Positions 53,029-63,251 of a DNA stretch of 64,000 bases are shown here, in pieces. The position numbers and the translations under genes were made by a program. Under the pieces are notes generated by a model. It was not told where the DNA came from and ran no database searches. It was given only the letters and a program-made list of their open reading frames with translations. Every line of letters starts with the position of its first letter. Within the stretch, counting starts at the first letter, position 1. Source of the stretch: Basidiobolus meristosporus CBS 931.73 (taxonomy: Eukaryota; Fungi; Basidiobolomycota); NCBI GenBank assembly GCA_002104905.1, contig MCFE01000094.1, forward strand, positions 110,872 to 174,871, in the 5' to 3' direction.

Positions 53029-54772
53029 ATGGCTACAAAGACATTGCTGTTTGCACTCATTGGAAGTCTTGGAGACACCCTTCCTTTCTTGGCTATTGCT
53101 GAACACCTAACGACCACTACAAGCCAAGATGACCAGCAGAGATACAGCATAATTATCATGGCTCACCCTGAACACGAGCCTTTGATATCTTCCTATGGCT
53201 TCCAATTCGCGCCCATTCACGAATCTCTCCTTGTTGCTCTGACGAAGTTAACTGAGGAGAAAGGGAAGCAGTCTCCTTGGAATCAAATGGTCGATCTGAA
53301 AGCCGTTTTTGGCAATGTTTTTAAACAATGGTGAGGCTATCATATATCAATGCGAGTTCGCACTAAGCACATAAGAGTGCTCGAAATAGGATTCCCTGAG
53401 ACCCCTTATCCAAGAATATGTTCACTAATAACACATCAATCTCAAGGCATACTGATATCCTGAAAGCGTGTGATCAGTACGAACCTGATCTTGTGGTTCT
53501 GGCAACTTTCCCTGCAATGTGTGGGCTCCATGCTGTAAGCAAGCTCGCCTCCAAAAGCCCAATCCCGTATATCGTTATTCATACTGTCCCGTCGCTTCCA
53601 ACCAACGAATTCGCCCCACCAACCGGCGGAGTATGTATCATCCTCTGCTTAGGATAGACTGTTGGTTGTAAAATTCATTGACGGCTTGTTTTCAATAGAT
53701 GGGCTTCTCACTACCCTTTGGGTTTTTGAACAAAGGAGCGTGGTCACTGCTTTCCGTTTTCAATCAATATATGATGATGACACCTATTCTCAGAGACCTC
53801 CGCCTAGCTATTGGACTTCCCCCTGCTACTGCCCAGGAAGAAGCAGAGCAACTCCACAAGAGAGAGCGTGTTACCAATACACTGTTCATCTATTCGCCTA
53901 GCCTTTTACCTACACCAAAGGATTGGCCCTCTTCCCACCAGGTAATCGGAAATCCTTATTTCCATCGTGACCAGCGACAGCTTGGCCTGGATTCTGAAGA
54001 CGCAAAAATCGCCTATCCAAACAGTACGTATGTACCTCCAGACTACCTGAGCACATTCCTAGGGTATGTCGAAGAAGAAAAGATGCCGCTTGTATATGTT
54101 GGCCTCGGCTCTATGTTAGGAATAGTTGTAGATAGAGCAAACGCCATTTCATTAATCAATTCATTCACGGAAGCAATCCTACAACTTAACAGCGAGGATA
54201 CTCCGGTCGCCTTAATATTTGCAACAAAAGGTCTGCCAGAGCATAGGGATGACAGCGATTTCACTGAGAATACGCACGAAGCTATCATTGCCTACATCAA
54301 AGCCAAGTTCCCGGAAAACTTGACCAAATTTACGGATCGGATTACATTTACGCATGAATACATCCCTCACTCTTATTTGTTTCCAAAGTGCGATTTTATA
54401 GTCCACCATGGTGGGATGGGTTCGACCCATGCAAGTATTATGCACTCAATCAGAAATAAGTCCCAATCCTCTTCGAGCACCGCCGAGCCCCTATATGAGG
54501 GTGCGCCTACCTGGGTAGTACCGTGCAGTACTATGGCAGACCAACCATTTTGGGGTGCGCTAGTAAATGTTCGGAATCTAGGGCCAAAGCCAGTCCCATT
54601 CAACCAAATCAATGCTGACAACGCAAAAGCCGCCATCAAGGAGGGGCTCACAAACAAAGAATGGAGAAAAAACACTGGTGAGCTAGGGGTGAAAATATGG
54701 AAGGAAGGAAATCCTGCTGAGAAGGTGCGAAGCGTTATTGAAAGTACTTTAGCGGACGCAGATACTTTGTAG
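53029..54772 (+). CDS. GT-B glycosyltransferase, sterol 3-beta-glucosyltransferase-like (GT1/GT28 fold, no PH/GRAM domains); 3 exons
   Basis: IGSLGDTLPFLAIA (GSRGD-type motif), LVYVGLGSM, YIPHSYLFPKCDFIVHHGGMGST, ADQPFWG. Confidence 0.88.
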
Positions 54773-54959
54773 ACCCTAATCTGCAGTTTTTATCAGAACT
54801 CGTGTTATCTTATATTTCGCTGGTATATTACTTTATATAAATACTATTTTACACAATCAAAGTCCTTCTGTTGTATCTCAGCTTGACATTTCCTCATGAG
54901 TACGGCTTGAGGGGGATTTGGGGAGGGGAGGCGGAGTATATTGAAACAAGTAGAGCTGG

Positions 54960-55272
54960 TGTTGTCAGAGTCTTGGAGATATTGGAAGTGATTAGGAAAT
55001 CAAGTAGATTTTGTGGTTTTCACTTAATAATTTATTGAATGTAAAAGTAGTTTTTATACTTTTACATGGCCTTGGCATAACAAACACGTAGAATAGGTTA
55101 AGGAAGGTCCCAAGAACATGTGTGCAAAGTTTGGGGCTGTTTGGACAACTTTGAGAATTTTCATGTTCTGGGTACCTGGTATTTTGGCAAAAATATTCCA
55201 AGTAAATCCCAACAAGGAATTTGGTCAGTATTCTCTAGGATTTGAGGATAATGATCCAAGTGACTAAGTTAG
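54960..55272 (-). mobile_element. Diverged, truncated copia LTR copy
   Basis: Aligns to LTR 55417-55766 from TGTTGT onward with scattered substitutions; stops at ...GACTAAGTTAG, lacking the last ~35-40 bp. Confidence 0.9.
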
Positions 55273-55416
55273 AGGAGGGAAAGTCACCAAGTTGGTGAAA
55301 TCTTTATTTGAGTTAAGAACTAATCTAAATACAAATAAAGAAGCCAATTAAGAGGTCTAGAACCTCTCTAATAAGTAGTCTAATTTATGTTTTGTTTCAT
55401 CTCTAATGTTTGTTTC
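55273..55416 (-). mobile_element. Old 3' end of a telomeric LINE/SINE-family element (third subtype), interrupted by copia insertions
   Basis: GGGAAAGTCACCAAGTTGGTGAAATCTTTATTT (55277-55309) and AAAGAAGCCA (55337-55346) are the same terminal motifs found at 61685, 62974 and 63252. Confidence 0.72.
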
Positions 55417-55766
55417 TGTTGTAAGAGTCTTGGAGATATTGGAAGTGATTGGGAGAACAAGTAGATTATGTGGTTTTCACTTAATGATTTATTGAATGTA
55501 AAAGTAGTATTTATACTTTTACATGGTCTTGGCATTACAAACACGTAGAATAGGTTAAGGAAGGTCCCAAGAACATGTGTGCAAAGTTTGGGGCTGTTTG
55601 GACAACTTTGAGAATTTTCATGTTCTGGGTACCTGGTATTTTGGTGAAAATATTCTAAGTAAATCCCGACAAGGAATTTGGTCAGTATTCTCTAGGATTT
55701 GAAGATGATGATCTAAGTGACTAAGTTAGGTGAATATTTAGGTGGAAAATACGAATTTTTACAACA
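55417..55766 (-). repeat. 3' LTR of the intact copia element
   Basis: Direct repeat of 59754-60103. Confidence 0.97.
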
Positions 55767-55777
55767 CTCCCACTCAG

Positions 55778-58700
55778 CTAAATGTTCATACTGACTAGTC
55801 CTAATTTTGACCTAAGATATTCAAACTTGTCTCTAGCTAATGGTTTGGTAAATATGTCTGCAATCATTTCATCTGTAGGACAGTAAACTAAGCTAACTAA
55901 GTTATTCTCTATAGCTTCATGTATGAAATGATGTCTAATATCTATGTGCTTGGTTCTAGCATGAAAAGTTGGATTTCTACCTAATTGTATACATCCTTGA
56001 TTATCTTGAAATAAAGTAATAGGCGTTTTTTGACATAGGCCTAAATCTGTAAAGAGCTTTCTTAACCACATTGCTTCTTTTGTAGCTTCACAGGCTGCCA
56101 TATACTCTGCCTCTGTAGTAGAAAGTGCTACGGTTGGTTGCTTTCTTGAATTCCATGAAATGGCTCCTTTACAGTAAAGAAAGGTGTATCCTGTGGTGGA
56201 TCTTCTGTCTTCTAAATTTTGTCCCCAATCAGCATCAGAGTATCCCACAAGATCCTGTTCTGAATCCTTATAAGTGTATCTTAAACAGATATCAGCAGTT
56301 CCTTTTAGGTATCTAAAAATCCGCTTAACTGCTGCAATATGATCAGATCCATAATTCTGATTATGTTGGCTGACAACTCCCACTGAATATGAGATATCTG
56401 GACGTGTTCCAAGCATGATATACATCAGACTGCCGACCATAGATTGATAAGGAAAGTCAGGGCTTTCAGATGGCACCAAGCTCTCTTGATTTGGTTGAGT
56501 TTTGACCAAGTTAAGGTTTGTCTCCATTGGGGTAGCTGCCGGTTTACAGTCTTCCATTTTGTACTTCTTTAGTATATCTTGAATATACTTGGATTGGCTT
56601 AGGGTAATAGTCTGGGTACTTCTGTCTATGGAGAACTTAATCCCTAAGTAGTAACTAAGTTCTCCTAGATCGGACATCTTGAACTCCTTAGATAGGCTGG
56701 ATTTAGTCTCTTCCAATGTTTTTAGGTTATTGGCGGCTATAATAAGATCATCCACATATAGAGCTAATAGAACTGGATTTGCTCTATCTGGCTTATAGTA
56801 TATACTATAGTCAGCATTACTCCTTTTGAAACTCAAAGATTCCAAATAAGAATCTATCTTGCAATTCCAGGCTCTCGGTGATTGTTTGAGACCATATAGT
56901 GACTTTTTAAGCTTGCAGACCAAATGGGGGTTATCTTGGTCAACAAAACCATCAGGCTGGTCCATATACACGTCCTCATCAAGTTCTCCATTCAAAAATG
57001 CAGTTTTTACATCCATTTGATGAATAAAAAACTTATATTTGGCTGCAATAGCCAATATTAATCTTATGGAATTAAACTTGGCTACCGGTGCAAAGGTCTC
57101 GGTATAGTCAAGTCCTTTTGTTTGAGAGTATCCTTTGGCTACAAGTCTTGCTTTGTATCTTTCAATTGTACCATCAGCCTTGTATTTTGTCTTGAAGACC
57201 CATCTGCATCCAATTGATTTTCGGTTGATTGGTAATTTGACTAAGTCCCAAGTTTGATTTTCCATCAGGGCCTGATATTCCTCAGTCATTGCAGATCTCC
57301 AAAACTTCGTCTGAGGGCTATTTAGGGCCTCTTTTACAGTCTGGGGTTCATCAACATGGACTGAATAGGCATAGGCTAAGTTTGTACCCTCATTGATATA
57401 GTAATTTGGGCTATTTCTTGTCCGATTGGATCTCCGGGCATTTGATACTGGAATGATCACTTCTGGGATATTCCTGGGCACTGATTCTGGCTGAACCACG
57501 GTTGTAGAGTCCTCTGGAGTGAAAAAATTTTCATTGTTTTGCTCTGATTCAATCCTGACAATTGGTGGACTTGAGATCAAATTTTCGTCATCATCTGATG
57601 TCATTTTTTGTGAAAATTTTGAATTTTCATCAAACAACACATCCCTGGACTTGATCAGCTTCTTTGCTTCGGTATTGTAGAGTCTGTATGCCTTACTCTC
57701 ATTGCAGTAGCCCAAAAATATGCATTTTACACTTTTTGGCTCAAATTTTGACTGATTTCCGGCCAGTTTTTTGGCATATGCTGTACACCCAAATATTCTT
57801 AGATGTTCTGCACTTGGTCTGTATCCATACCATGCTTCAAATGGAGTAGAATCACGAAGTATTCTGTTATAACTCCTATTTTTAAGATATACAGCAGTGG
57901 CAACTGATTCCGCCCAAAAATCATAGGATAATTTTTGATCATGGATCATAGATCTTGCCATATCAATTATTGATCTGTTAGCTCGTTCTGCTACTCCATT
58001 TTGCTGTGGGGAGTATGGTACAGTAGTCTCTTGCTTTATCCCATGAATTTTGCAGAAGTGGATGAAGAGTTTTGAGGTATATTCTCCACCATTGTCAGAG
58101 CGTATTTTCTTGATTTTTTCACCAGTTTCTCTCTCCACCATGGCTTTGAACTCCCTGAGCTTAGACAGAGCTTCTTCCTTTCTCTCCATGAAGTAGACCC
58201 ATGTGTATCTTGTATAATCATCAATAAAAGTGATTAAATACTTCATCCCGCCTAAGGATAAATTTTGCATAGGTCCACACAGATCTGAGTGAATTAGATC
58301 TAATTTTTTCTTAGTTTTGATTAACCCAGAGCTCTTGAACGGTTGTCTGGCTTGTTTCCCATATATGCAGGCTTCACAGTGCTCCAAAATAGCTGGGGGA
58401 TCAATTTTCACTCCAGAAATTAGCTGATCTTTGATCATTTTACGCAAATAATCAAAATTGATGTGTCCAAATCTCCTGTGCCAAAGCATTGGTGTTTCTT
58501 CATTTAAGTTACTTATATTGGCTTCCAGATATGATGGAATATAAGTCAACTTGTATAGGTTCTGATCTCTGATGCCCGAAGCAATATGGGCACCATTTTG
58601 ATCAGTGATCCTGCATCCAGAATTGTCAAAACTGAAACTGAGTCCTTCTGCTGTGGCCTTGCTTACAGAGAGTAGGTTCTTGGCTATTTCTGGTACATAG

Positions 58701-59749
58701 AGTACTTCTTTAAAGGTCAGTGTATGGCTTCCTTCACTGCTTCTAAGGTTTACTTGGATAGTTCCTTCTCCCACTGCATCAAGTGTTCTATCGTCACCCA
58801 TGAAAACCTTCTTAATTGGAATTTCTTGATATTGGGTAAAAAGTTCTTTTTGGTGTGTAAAGTGTTGGGAAGCTCCAGAGTCAATATACCACGTCTGAGA
58901 ATCCTTGTTTGTGGTCATATTTAGTGCAGATATGAATAGTCTATCTTCAGTTGTTACAGCATTTCCATATTCAGGCTTCTTTTGCTGATAATCTCTCTTT
59001 TTGAAACACCGGTCTGATGTGTGTCCTTTCCTTTTGCAGTAGTTGCAAAATAGGTTGCTGTTGCCTTTGTAGGGTCTTGGGTACCTCCTTTGTTGGTTAT
59101 CATTGCTTATTAAAGCATTTTCTTCTTCCTTCTTATTGGCGCTTGATTTTCTTAATTCTTCATCCAGGAGCCTTCCATATACGTAATTTAAGGTCAAATC
59201 TTCAGTTCTGGACTCTAGGGCTGATACAAGGCCCTGAAACTCGTCTGTCAGGCTATTCAGGATGGTAACTATCACATCCTCATCAGTAGTTGGTACGCCC
59301 ACAGATTCCATCTCATCTACCAGCAGGGTAATTCTGTTAATTAGATTTTTCATTTCTTCTCCTGGCAGCATCTTTGTAGTAAAGAATTTTCTTCTCAGAT
59401 ACATTTTCTTGGCAGCTGAACATGACTGGTAGGTGTCTTCTAATGCTTTCCAGGCATTCTTTGCCGTTTTTGCTCTTGAGCATTGAATTAGCAATTTGTC
59501 CTTGACATTAAGGCAAATGCAGTTAAAGGCACTTTGTTCTTTCTTCTGGTACTTCAAGGCTTCCTCTCCCACGTTTTTAGGAGGGCATTCTTCTCCCATG
59601 ACAATATCCCAAAGGCCTCTTTCTTGTAGCAGCATCTTCATCTTCACCTTCCACACTTGGTAGTTAGATCCATCCAACTTTTCAGCAGAGGGAAAAATTC
59701 CAGTAATAGCAGTAGTAGACATTGCAGAGAGTGACAGCTTGGGGCTCAT
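55778..59749 (-). CDS. Copia gag-pol polyprotein (single ORF: Gag, CCHC knuckle, protease, integrase, RT, RNase H)
   Basis: CNYCKRKGHTSDRC; WYIDSGASQH; HRRFGH...CEAC; DLCGP...IDDYTR...SDNGGEY...NGVAER; QMDVKTAFLNG...YVDDL; GYSDADW...TEAEY. Probable start at the ATG within or just after the PBS. Confidence 0.96.
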   Translation of the reverse strand: MSPKLSLSAMSTTAITGIFPSAEKLDGSNYQVWKVKMKMLLQERGLWDIVMGEECPPKNVGEEALKYQKKEQSAFNCICLNVKDKLLIQCSRAKTAKNAWKALEDTYQSCSAAKKMYLRRKFFTTKMLPGEEMKNLINRITLLVDEMESVGVPTTDEDVIVTILNSLTDEFQGLVSALESRTEDLTLNYVYGRLLDEELRKSSANKKEEENALISNDNQQRRYPRPYKGNSNLFCNYCKRKGHTSDRCFKKRDYQQKKPEYGNAVTTEDRLFISALNMTTNKDSQTWYIDSGASQHFTHQKELFTQYQEIPIKKVFMGDDRTLDAVGEGTIQVNLRSSEGSHTLTFKEVLYVPEIAKNLLSVSKATAEGLSFSFDNSGCRITDQNGAHIASGIRDQNLYKLTYIPSYLEANISNLNEETPMLWHRRFGHINFDYLRKMIKDQLISGVKIDPPAILEHCEACIYGKQARQPFKSSGLIKTKKKLDLIHSDLCGPMQNLSLGGMKYLITFIDDYTRYTWVYFMERKEEALSKLREFKAMVERETGEKIKKIRSDNGGEYTSKLFIHFCKIHGIKQETTVPYSPQQNGVAERANRSIIDMARSMIHDQKLSYDFWAESVATAVYLKNRSYNRILRDSTPFEAWYGYRPSAEHLRIFGCTAYAKKLAGNQSKFEPKSVKCIFLGYCNESKAYRLYNTEAKKLIKSRDVLFDENSKFSQKMTSDDDENLISSPPIVRIESEQNNENFFTPEDSTTVVQPESVPRNIPEVIIPVSNARRSNRTRNSPNYYINEGTNLAYAYSVHVDEPQTVKEALNSPQTKFWRSAMTEEYQALMENQTWDLVKLPINRKSIGCRWVFKTKYKADGTIERYKARLVAKGYSQTKGLDYTETFAPVAKFNSIRLILAIAAKYKFFIHQMDVKTAFLNGELDEDVYMDQPDGFVDQDNPHLVCKLKKSLYGLKQSPRAWNCKIDSYLESLSFKRSNADYSIYYKPDRANPVLLALYVDDLIIAANNLKTLEETKSSLSKEFKMSDLGELSYYLGIKFSIDRSTQTITLSQSKYIQDILKKYKMEDCKPAATPMETNLNLVKTQPNQESLVPSESPDFPYQSMVGSLMYIMLGTRPDISYSVGVVSQHNQNYGSDHIAAVKRIFRYLKGTADICLRYTYKDSEQDLVGYSDADWGQNLEDRRSTTGYTFLYCKGAISWNSRKQPTVALSTTEAEYMAACEATKEAMWLRKLFTDLGLCQKTPITLFQDNQGCIQLGRNPTFHARTKHIDIRHHFIHEAIENNLVSLVYCPTDEMIADIFTKPLARDKFEYLRSKLGLVSMNI

Positions 59750-59753
59750 AACC

Positions 59754-60103
59754 TGTTGTAAGAGTCTTGGAGATATTGGAAGTGATTGGGAGAACAAGTA
59801 GATTATGTGGTTTTCACTTAATGATTTATTGAATGTAAAAGTAGTATTTATACTTTTACATGGTCTTGGCATTACAAACACGTAGAATAGGTTAAGGAAG
59901 GTCCCAAGAACATGTGTGCAAAGTTTGGGGCTGTTTGGACAACTTTGAGAATTTTCATGTTCTGGGTACCTGGTATTTTGGTGAAAATATTCTAAGTAAA
60001 TCCCGACAAGGAATTTGGTCAGTATTCTCTAGGATTTGAAGATGATGATCTAAGTGACTAAGTTAGGTGAATATTTAGGTGGAAAATACGAATTTTTACA
60101 ACA
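59754..60103 (-). repeat. 5' LTR of the intact copia element
   Basis: Direct repeat of 55417-55766, followed on the minus strand by the PBS at 59741-59753. Confidence 0.97.
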
Positions 60104-60112
60104 GTTTCAATA

Positions 60113-61670
60113 TGTTGTAAGAGTCTTAGAGATATTGGAAGTGATTTGGAGAACAAATAGATTATGTGGTTTTCACTTAATGATTTATTGAATGTAAAAG
60201 TAGTATTTATACTTTTACCTGGTCTTGGCATTACAAACACGTAGAATAGGTTAAGGAAGGTCCCAAAAGCATGTGTGCAAAGTTTTGGGCTGTTTGGACA
60301 ACTTTGAGAATTTTCATGTTCTGGGTAAATATTCTAAGTAAATCCCAACAAGGAATTTGGTCAGTATTCTCTAGGATTTGAAGGTAATGATCTAAGTGAC
60401 TAAGTTAGGTGAATATTTAGGTGGAAATACAAATTTTTACAACACTCCCACTCAGCTAAATGTTCATACTGACTAGTCCTAATTTTGACCTAAGATATTC
60501 AAACTTGTCTCTAGCTAATGGTTTGGTAAGTATGTCTGCAATCATTTCATCTGTAGGACAGTAAACTAAGCTAACTAAGTTATTCTCTATAGCTTCACGT
60601 ATGAAATGATGTCTAATATCTATGTGCTTGGTTCTAGCATGAAAAGTTGGATTTCTACCTAATTGTATACATCCTTGATTATCTTGAAATAAAGTAATAG
60701 GCATTTTTTGATATAGGCCTAAATCTGTAAACAGCTTTCTTAACCACATTGCTTCTTTTGTAGCTTCACAGGCTGCCATAAACTCTGCCTCTGTGGTGGA
60801 AAGTGCTACGGTTGGTTGCTTTCTTGAATTCCATGAAGTTGCTCCTTTACAGTAAAGAAAGGTATATCCTGTGGTGGATCTTCTGTCTTCTAAATTTTGT
60901 CCCCAATCTGCATCAGAGTATCCCACAAGATTCTGTTCTGAATCCTTATAAGTGTATCTTAAGCAGATATCAGCAGTTCCTTTTAGGTATCTAAAAATCC
61001 GCTTAACTGCTGCAATATGATCAGATCCATAATTCTGATTATGTTGGCTGACAACTCCCACCAAATATAAGATATCTGGACATGTTCCAAGCATGATATA
61101 CACCAGACTGCCGACCTTAGATTGATAAGGAAAGTCAGGGCTTTCAGATGGCACCAAGCTCTCTTGATTTGGTTGAGTTTAGACCAAGTTAAGGTTTGTC
61201 TCCATTGGGGTAGCTGCCGGTTTACAGTCTTCCATTTTGTACTTCTTTAGTATATCTTGAATATACTTGGATTGACTTAGGGTGATAGTCTGGGTACTTC
61301 TGTCTATGGAGAACTTAATCCCTAAGTAGTAACTAAGTTCTCCTAAATCAGACATTGTGAACTCCTTAGATAGGTTGGATTTAGTCTCTTCCAATGTTTC
61401 TAGGTTATTGGTGGCTATAATAAGATCATCCACATATAGAGCTAATAGAACTGGATTTGCTCTATCTGGCTTATAGTATATACTATAGTCAGCATTGCTC
61501 CTTTTGAAACTCAAAGATTCCAAATAAGAATCTATCTTGCAATTCCAGGCTCTTGGTGATTGTTTGAGACCATATAGTGACTTTTTAAGCTTGCAGACCA
61601 AATGGGGGTTATTTTGGTCAATAAACCCATCAAGCTGGTCCATATACATGTCCTCATCAAGTTCTCCATT
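60113..61670 (-). mobile_element. Second copia copy, 5'-truncated and degenerate (3' LTR 60113-60444 plus RT/RNase H fragment)
   Basis: LTR with a small internal deletion; RT region near-identical to the intact copy, with a premature TAA at 61179-61181; breaks at ...GTTCTCCATT where TTAGGG repeats begin. Confidence 0.95.
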
Positions 61671-61684
61671 TAGGGTTAGGGGGG

Positions 61685-62933
61685 AGACAGTCACCAACAG
61701 GTGAAATCTTTATTTCAGTTGAAACAAAGAAGCCAGCACTACTGTTGTAGCTTTGATACAAGAGTGTGTAGCTGAGGGGAATTTGTAGGTAAGTTAATAA
61801 GAAGTGATGATAGTTCTTCAGTGCTCAAGACACTGTTCAGTGGTAAGTGGGGTAGCAAGAGAGGTAAGAATGACTTGTGAACAACATTAATGAGGGGAAT
61901 GTGATAAGGATTGATATTCATCATAAAGGGAGTGTGCTGCTGCAGATATTGCTGCCAAAGGTCTGTCAAGTACTTCAGGTAGGCCAGCTTGGGTTTTTCT
62001 GACTGCAGAATATAATGAGCAAACTGCTTGACTTCAGGATCTCCAAGTATAGTTCTCCAGCAGGAGCCAGGTGTTGTGTGGTGTGTTCTCTTCCAGGCCT
62101 TAATCAGTGGATTGTTGCAGTTGTGAAGTCTGAGGTATAATCTGGTTCTAAGGTAGAGAAGTCTGATCTTATAGGGCATAAACCCAAAAGCACCAAGAAT
62201 AGCATGTCTGTAGGGGCATTCAGGCAAATGAGGCACCAAGGAGGTAATGCACCATACTGTAAACTTGTCAAGCTTAGTGCAGTCTCTAGAAGTAAGAGAG
62301 AGAAGTGGTAAGCCAAATTCCAGGACAGGGAAGACAAACTGCTTGAGTAGAAGGAGGCAGCTGGGAGCTGAAGTTGTAGGAGGAGTAACAGCCAGTAGCT
62401 TGTGGAGTGCCTGTCTTGCCAGGATAATTCTCTTCTTCAGGTGTGCTCCAGAGTCTAGTCCAGTAGGAAGGAAAGGAAAGCCAAGATATGTAGCAGAAAC
62501 CTGAGCAGGTAGAGTGGAGTTCTCCAAGTTGATGGGAGAGCCCAAAGGTACAGTCTTTGCAATGGAAAGCTGGAGATTATTCTTCTGCAGATACTGGTGG
62601 ATGGTCTGGGAGTCTTGTTGCACATTGGAGGAGGATATTCTGATGTCATCAGCAAAGAGAGTAACCAGGCAGTCAGCTGAGAGTCTTGGGAAATCATTCA
62701 GGAAGATGGCAAACAGTATAGGACCAAGCACAGAGCCTTGAACCGCTCCATTAGGAACTGAGAACACAGCTGATTGCTCACTTGGGTGCAGAATTCTTGC
62801 TTGTGGATCCAGAAACAGGGACCTGACAAGGAGGGTGAGAGAGGTACTGGAGAAGCATTGCAACTTGGACCAAAGCAGATTTCTGTCAACTGAATCAAAG
62901 GCCTTAGTAATATCAAACAGAACAGAGGGATAC
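61685..62933 (-). mobile_element. 5'-truncated non-LTR (LINE) retrotransposon flanked by telomeric repeats
   Basis: Open frame 62932 to 61739: FDITKAFDSVD, GAVQGSVLGPILFAIFLND, LFADDI, TYLG (canonical non-LTR RT). Bounded by (TTAGGG)2GGG proximally and (TTAGGG)2 distally; no poly(A) tail. Confidence 0.93.
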
Positions 62934-62950
62934 TTAGGGTTAGGGGGGGG

Positions 62951-62962
62951 AGGAAAGTCACC
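62951..62962 (-). mobile_element. 12-nt abortive 3'-end insertion of the SINE-type element
   Basis: AGGAAAGTCACC, identical to 63252-63263, lies between TTAGGGGGGGG and TTAGGGGGGGG. Confidence 0.6.
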
Positions 62963-62973
62963 TTAGGGGGGGG

Positions 62974-63213
62974 AGACAGTCACCAACAGGTGAAATCTTT
63001 ATTTCAGTTGAAACAAAGAAGCCAGCGCTACTGTTGTAGCTTTGATACAAGAGTGTGTAGCTGAGGGGAATTTGTAGGTAAGTTAATAAGAAGTGATGAT
63101 AGTTCTTCAGTGCTCAAGACACTGTTCAGTGGGAAGGGGGGTAGCAAGAGAGGTAAGAATGACTTGTGAACAACATTAATGAGGGGAATGTGATAAGGAT
63201 TGATATTCATCAG
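62974..63213 (-). mobile_element. Second, ~240-bp 3' fragment of the telomeric LINE
   Basis: Matches 61685-61924 with about 3 substitutions; capped by (TTAGGG)6. Confidence 0.93.
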
Positions 63214-63249
63214 TTAGGGTTAGGGTTAGGGTTAGGGTTAGGGTTAGGG
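63214..63249 (+). repeat. Interstitial telomeric tract (TTAGGG)6
   Basis: Six perfect units between the LINE fragment and the SINE-like element. Confidence 0.97.
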
Positions 63250-63251
63250 GG

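Larger units (their letters stand above)
55417..60103 (-). mobile_element. Full-length Ty1/copia LTR retrotransposon, recent insertion
   Basis: 350-bp LTRs at 55417-55766 and 59754-60103, identical by eye, with TGTTGTAA...TTACAACA ends; 5-bp TSD GTTTC (55412-55416 and 60104-60108); PPT GAGTGGGAG; PBS GGTTATGAGCCCC. Confidence 0.97.

Noticed and set aside
51370-54772. CE4 deacetylase plus glycosyltransferase as a biosynthetic gene cluster
   Set aside because: Only two adjacent genes with unrelated likely substrates and no backbone enzyme; adjacency alone is insufficient.
59749-59881. N-terminal extension MFVMPRP... of the copia ORF, and similar ORFs at 54992-55201 and 60058-60240
   Set aside because: These lie inside LTR sequence with non-ATG starts; they are incidental open frames.
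61739-62933. Telomeric RT as a Penelope-like (Coprina/Athena) element or as TERT
   Set aside because: The motifs DITKAFDSVD, QGSVLGPILF and FADDI are non-LTR (LINE) type, not PLE (MGSPLS...YVDD) or telomerase type.
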